Positions 59,671 through 64,000 of a DNA stretch of 64,000 bases are shown here, piece after piece. The stretch's first letter is position 1. Each line of letters opens with the position of its first letter. The position numbers and the translations under genes were made by a program. The DNA is from Eledone cirrhosa. Its lineage: Eukaryota. The stretch lies in contig OZ024755.1 in NCBI GenBank assembly GCA_964016885.1, positions 28,210,001-28,274,000 on the forward strand. Reading direction: 5' to 3'. The notes beneath the pieces are model-generated. The model searched no databases. It was not told the origin of the DNA and was given only the letters and a program-made list of their open reading frames with translations.

Positions 59671-60619
59671 CTTCAGACTTATATATATATCTACAAGCTT
59701 ACGGAGTAATTTGGATACACTAAGGGGCTTCCAGGCAGAAATTTGGCATAAGGAGAGGCTATTTACATATGCTGACGCCGCCAGCCTCGTGATATCTGAT
59801 AGCGGAGAAATTAAGGTGACCCTCACTATACTGAAAATGTAGAAAATAATAAAAGGCATGGAGATTAACCTAGGGAATAGATCCATAGTGGTAAATGTTG
59901 TTAATGATAAGAATTTGGTTCAAACAATAAGGGGTTTGTCTCAGAATAGCTGAGTTAAAGTATTCTTGACATATACAGTAAGGGTCACAAATTAATTCAC
60001 CGTTTCGGTAGTGTATTACCGCCTAATCAAACTTCCTTTTCCCTTGAGGATATATGTCCAAACTGTATCTTCTACTATGTGGTCTCTTTCGAAGAGACGA
60101 GTTTTGGGGATCAGAAAGTCCAGCTTTTACAATCCTCTATTCAAATAACTCGGATTTTTGATAAATATGGAGGCTGTGTAGCTGATACATCTGCACAGAT
60201 TCCTGCGCTTTTCGCAGGTCATTGAACTGAAAATATATATTACACCCTTTCAGTTCGAATAAACCGAGCAAAGCGAAGTTGATTGACATCCGGAGGTTCA
60301 CTTCATAAACACAACTCTCTGCCATCTGAAAAGCGATTATAAGTGAGCCGCAGATTATAAAATTGTTGGGGCTCATTAAATTGATAGCTCAGTAGTGGGT
60401 TTAAGTGTTCCCTCATCACCATTTATCAGTTTCTTTCGCCCCCTCGATCCATCACTAGGTGAAGTTGACGGTTCTGACTTGGAAAGGGGTAGGTATATCA
60501 AGGTTTAAAGGCTGAATACAAAGAACATTACGAGACAGTGTTCCCACGACTCAATCAGGAGTTACACGCACTTCCACAATGCTAGATTAAGTAGCCAGCT
60601 TAACCTTTATTTATAACTT

Positions 60620-60760
60620 ACTCAGCCTCCCAAGCTGGTATGGCCCTTCCAGCATGTCTCCCCAACCATTCTCCGGGGAAACACCTTCTCTATTCTGTCC
60701 ACCGACCCCTGAGAGATATGGAGAGTGGGAGAGATGGAGGCAGTGATGTGGGAGTTTGGT
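60620..60760 (+). mobile_element. CRE-clade 3' end
   Basis: WPFQHVSPTILRGNTFSIL followed by the shared UTR gagatggaggcagtga..gtgggagtt. Confidence 0.65.
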
Positions 60761-61069
60761 TAGTTTGTATTCGGACCTGGTGTCATTTGTAACGTTATCT
60801 AGTACTAGAGTGCTTACTTACGATTTGAAAAGTGACATATCAGATATTCGTTTCTACTTTTAATTATTTGTGGACGTTTGGTGGCTTTATCAGCAAATTT
60901 GTTTTGCTTGTCGATCTTAGCGACACCAGTACATATTTCATTCAGCCATTATTCTTTAGTTTCATATTGGATTGATTGAATAATGAAACATTTTGACGTA
61001 ATTTAAAAGCTTATTTCTTTAACTGGTGCACACGCTTTTGAATGTCTGTTTATATATATAAATATATAT

Positions 61070-61290
61070 ATGCAATTGACCTGGCTGGATTCCCAAGCGT
61101 GACCGGCCGAGCTCATGGATGTTATCCAACCATCTTGCTCGGGGTCTACCCACGGCTCTCATGCCGGATGGATTTGACCGACGGTAAATTCTGCCTGGCG
61201 ATTCTTTCCTGAGACTATATAACCACATACCCATATTATGGAAGCTGTGATCTCGCAATTGGGATAAGTAGCGGCTCTACCTAAATCTAC
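61070..61290 (-). mobile_element. RTE-like LINE fragment
   Basis: PSGMRAVGRPRARWLDNIHELGRSRLGI. Confidence 0.7.
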
Positions 61291-61412
61291 AAATTAACAG
61301 ACAAGATAGAGGATGGCCATGTCTTGAATGCTTGATTATGTATAATCTGGTGCAACCATTCACTACTTTCTTCAACAAACAATGTACATATTAATCAGTC
61401 ACAGTATTTCCT

Positions 61413-61825
61413 CAGTATCGGTAGAGGGTCGGACGCCATGCTTTCAAGCATAGTTACGTCCCTTTACGATCTGAGTTCAAATCCCGCCGAGGTTGACTTT
61501 GCCTTTCATCCTTACGGGGTCGATAAAATAAAGTATCAGTAATGCACTGGGTAATTGCTGGCCTTGTGCCTAAAGTAGAAACAAGTATTTCCTCATTTTA
61601 ACACACACATCCTAAATAAAGAAAATATTGACTGAATAACTGTTTCTACTGTTGGCACAAGGCCAGCAATTACCCAGTACATTACTGGTACTTTATTTTA
61701 TCGACCCCGTAAGGATGAAAGGCAAAGTTAACCTCGACGGGATTTAAATTCAGACCGTAAAGAGACGTAACTATGCTGGAAAGCATGGAGTCCAGCCTTC
61801 TACCGATACTGCCAATTCACCGAAT
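61413..61825. mobile_element. Inverted (tail-to-tail) pair of SINE family 1
   Basis: Plus copy 61413-61585 and minus copy 61638-61825. Confidence 0.85.
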
Positions 61826-62331
61826 GAATAATATTGAGTCGTTCAAACGACTAAATTCCCAATGGTGAAATTACCGTGTAACTCTAACTCTATGGCTTCC
61901 TTCAGTGAAGGCTGACCATGGCCATTATCCTGTTGTCAGCTCGGCTTGAGCAGCGTCTCCGCTGGTTTAAACAGACCTATACGTGAGTGACAGTCTCTGT
62001 AACATAGAGCACATCTGCATATGGTGTCTTGTCTTTTAGATTTATTGCACTCCTTTCGCCAGGCTCTCTTGTCCGCTACTGCAGTCATGAAATTACCGTG
62101 TAAACACCGGACAAACGTGTAAATTTATTGTAATTCATGGTCCCTATCACCGTGGCAAGTTTTACCATGTCGGACATTTGAATTACACGTAATACCCGGA
62201 GGGAATGGCTAAGTTAAACTTGATTGAATTTCAATTCAGACTACAGAGAGCCGGAACTAATATTACAAGGAATTTGATCCGATGCGATAAAGACTCGGTC
62301 ACCTACCACCACCACCACCACCACTACAACA

Positions 62332-62399
<68 letters not shown>

Positions 62400-62405
62400 A
62401 TCAAC

Positions 62406-62850
62406 ACGGCTATTTCTGGACTAAAGTAAGAGTTTTTTTAGTCTGGTAAATAAATAGCCGAACTTTTCAAGGGTACTTCCTTACATGGAAAGATTGTAGT
62501 TGTCAAGGGGATTGGTCAACATTTGTAGCAGACACAGAAAGGTCTATCATGGCAGTGGATGCGGGGTGGGGATAGCTGAACTTGCCTGTAGAACGATAGA
62601 GGAGTGGGTAGAGCCGGTCAAGCGTAGCAGGTGAAATCTACACGGCAAATTCTAAGGAATGTGTATGAAAATAGGCCAGAGGAAATGGCGAAAAAAGGTA
62701 TCTTTAGAAAGTGGAGGAGGGACGTTATAGAAATAGTAAATCAAATGCGATTAGGGGACAAATAAAAAATATTTAAAAACATGAGAGAAAGATGTAACAG
62801 AAAGTAAGATTGGAAAGTGAGAAGAGAAATAAGCAGTCTAACACAGCTGC
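62406..62850 (-). mobile_element. Putative inverted pseudo-LTR (family A upstream part) of the adjacent Penelope-like element
   Basis: Minus strand ends ...aggaagtaccc-TTGAAAA-gttcggctattt...tttagtccagaaatagccgt, overlapping the centre of the family A palindromes. The extent toward 62850 is a guess. Confidence 0.5.
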
Positions 62851-63213
62851 TAGATTTCGGCCTAAGCCAGAGATTGAGTTGCTAGATGAGAATAATTGAA
62901 AAATTTAGAAATAAAAATTAAAAATTAATACCACATATCTGGGGTCTAACACAGCTGCTATGAATAGTTAGTATAGCGTAATCGGCGAATAATCCTATAA
63001 GGTCGGTGACCTCGGCCGAGTCGGTCGCGCCCATGCTGACGTCGAAAGGGGAGTCGGGAGCTCTCCTTTATCCACTTGGAGTTGTTGAAAAGTAGGAGTG
63101 TCTTCCTGGCGTGGAGAATGATATTTCTTTCCTGGTCGGTGATGGGCGCGAGTGTTTTCGCATGGTGCCACTAAAGAAACTTGAGCTGGATGGAAAAGTC
63201 AGGATAAAAGTAG

Positions 63214-64000
63214 GGTCGGAAAGTGCTCTACAACTGGGTCGACTTCTCCACCAAGAACATCCCAATTCCACCGAGAAAACTTTACCTTCGGATGCTCACG
63301 CATAAAATCGACCTTTTTGCGAAAGGACTGAGATGGAGACCTTTTTTCTACGATAGATACCGGGACAACCAGGACTTCGACACCAAGGAGAGATTCAGAT
63401 TCATTACCTACAAATCTCCCCTACCGAACCCTATGTTCTCACCCTTCGAGAATGACCTTTTCCAACTGGTCAAGGGTATTAAATTCAAACCCAGACACAA
63501 CCGATTCCTACAACAACTCCGTAGCAAAATAACGGAGTATGAAAGCACCAACAACATCCTGGTGCACTCGGACAAAACTGGAAACCTCTATTTCGTCAAG
63601 CCGGACAGATACCACTCACTGATCAGGAACATCCTAAACTGCACCTATAAAAAGGCTAACCACTCTATTATCGAGGATATAAATCTAGAGGGACAACAAA
63701 TTACCTCTAGCCTCGGGGTCGCAGACCGCACTGAACCCCTCACCCCACAGACTCCCTACTTCCCACTGAAGGACCACAAATCCGACTTCGACCGCAAACA
63801 ATCCATCAGGCTTATAAACCCGACGAAGTCCGACATAGGGAGAATCAGTAAAACAATCCTAGACCGCGTTATACCAAAAGTTAAGCAAAACGCGAGACTT
63901 AGCGTATGGGTTAGCACCCAGGAAGTAATCTCATGGTTCAGGAATATTGAGGGCAAACGGGACACAAAATTAATCCAGTTTGACATAGAGCGTTACTATG
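63214..64000 (+). CDS. Penelope-like element (Naiad-type) reverse transcriptase, N-terminal part, open to the window end
   Basis: Stop-free frame +1: DFSTKNIPIPPRKLYL...LRWRPFF...PFENDLFQLVKGIKF...HSDKTGNLY...LKDHKSDF...RLINPTKSDIGRISK...WF...IQFDIERYY. Contains the PLE DKG-like motif (DKT) and the first catalytic Asp. First in-frame ATG at 63292. Confidence 0.9.

Noticed and set aside
59700-60400. Possible decayed L1/Tx1 ORF1 on the minus strand
   Set aside because: Only vague resemblance with many stops. Cannot be supported without a profile search.
63111-63305. 64-aa ORF, and the 76-aa minus ORF at 63756-63986
   Set aside because: Off-frame or antisense to the real PLE RT frame, with no recognisable motifs.

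Overview
AT-rich animal genomic DNA made almost entirely of repeats. The SINE families and extreme (TA)n density suggest an octopod cephalopod (inference). No host protein-coding exon could be supported, and nearly all ORF-track entries are microsatellite translations. Recognisable content: fragments of RTE-like, CRE, R4/Dong and L1/Tx1 non-LTR retrotransposons, a Tc1/mariner remnant, hAT-like MITEs, about 20 copies of one SINE and several copies of a second, tRNA-headed SINE. An uninterrupted Penelope-like (Naiad-type) reverse transcriptase frame runs off the right end (63214-64000) and is absent from the ORF track. The main hidden structure is a set of at least seven unrelated short element families inserted in (TA)n runs. 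Most are asymmetric fold-backs with two fixed end points and carry type-I hammerhead ribozyme motifs, some with intact cores and one with stem covariation. They look like termini of Penelope-like elements, and the commonest family can be tied to the Naiad ORF. Several tandem arrays have grown from retroelement ends, including a 15-unit array of a constant ~95 bp unit separated by variable (TA)n spacers. Coordinates were read by eye and boundaries may be off by some bases. Family letters A-H are my own labels.
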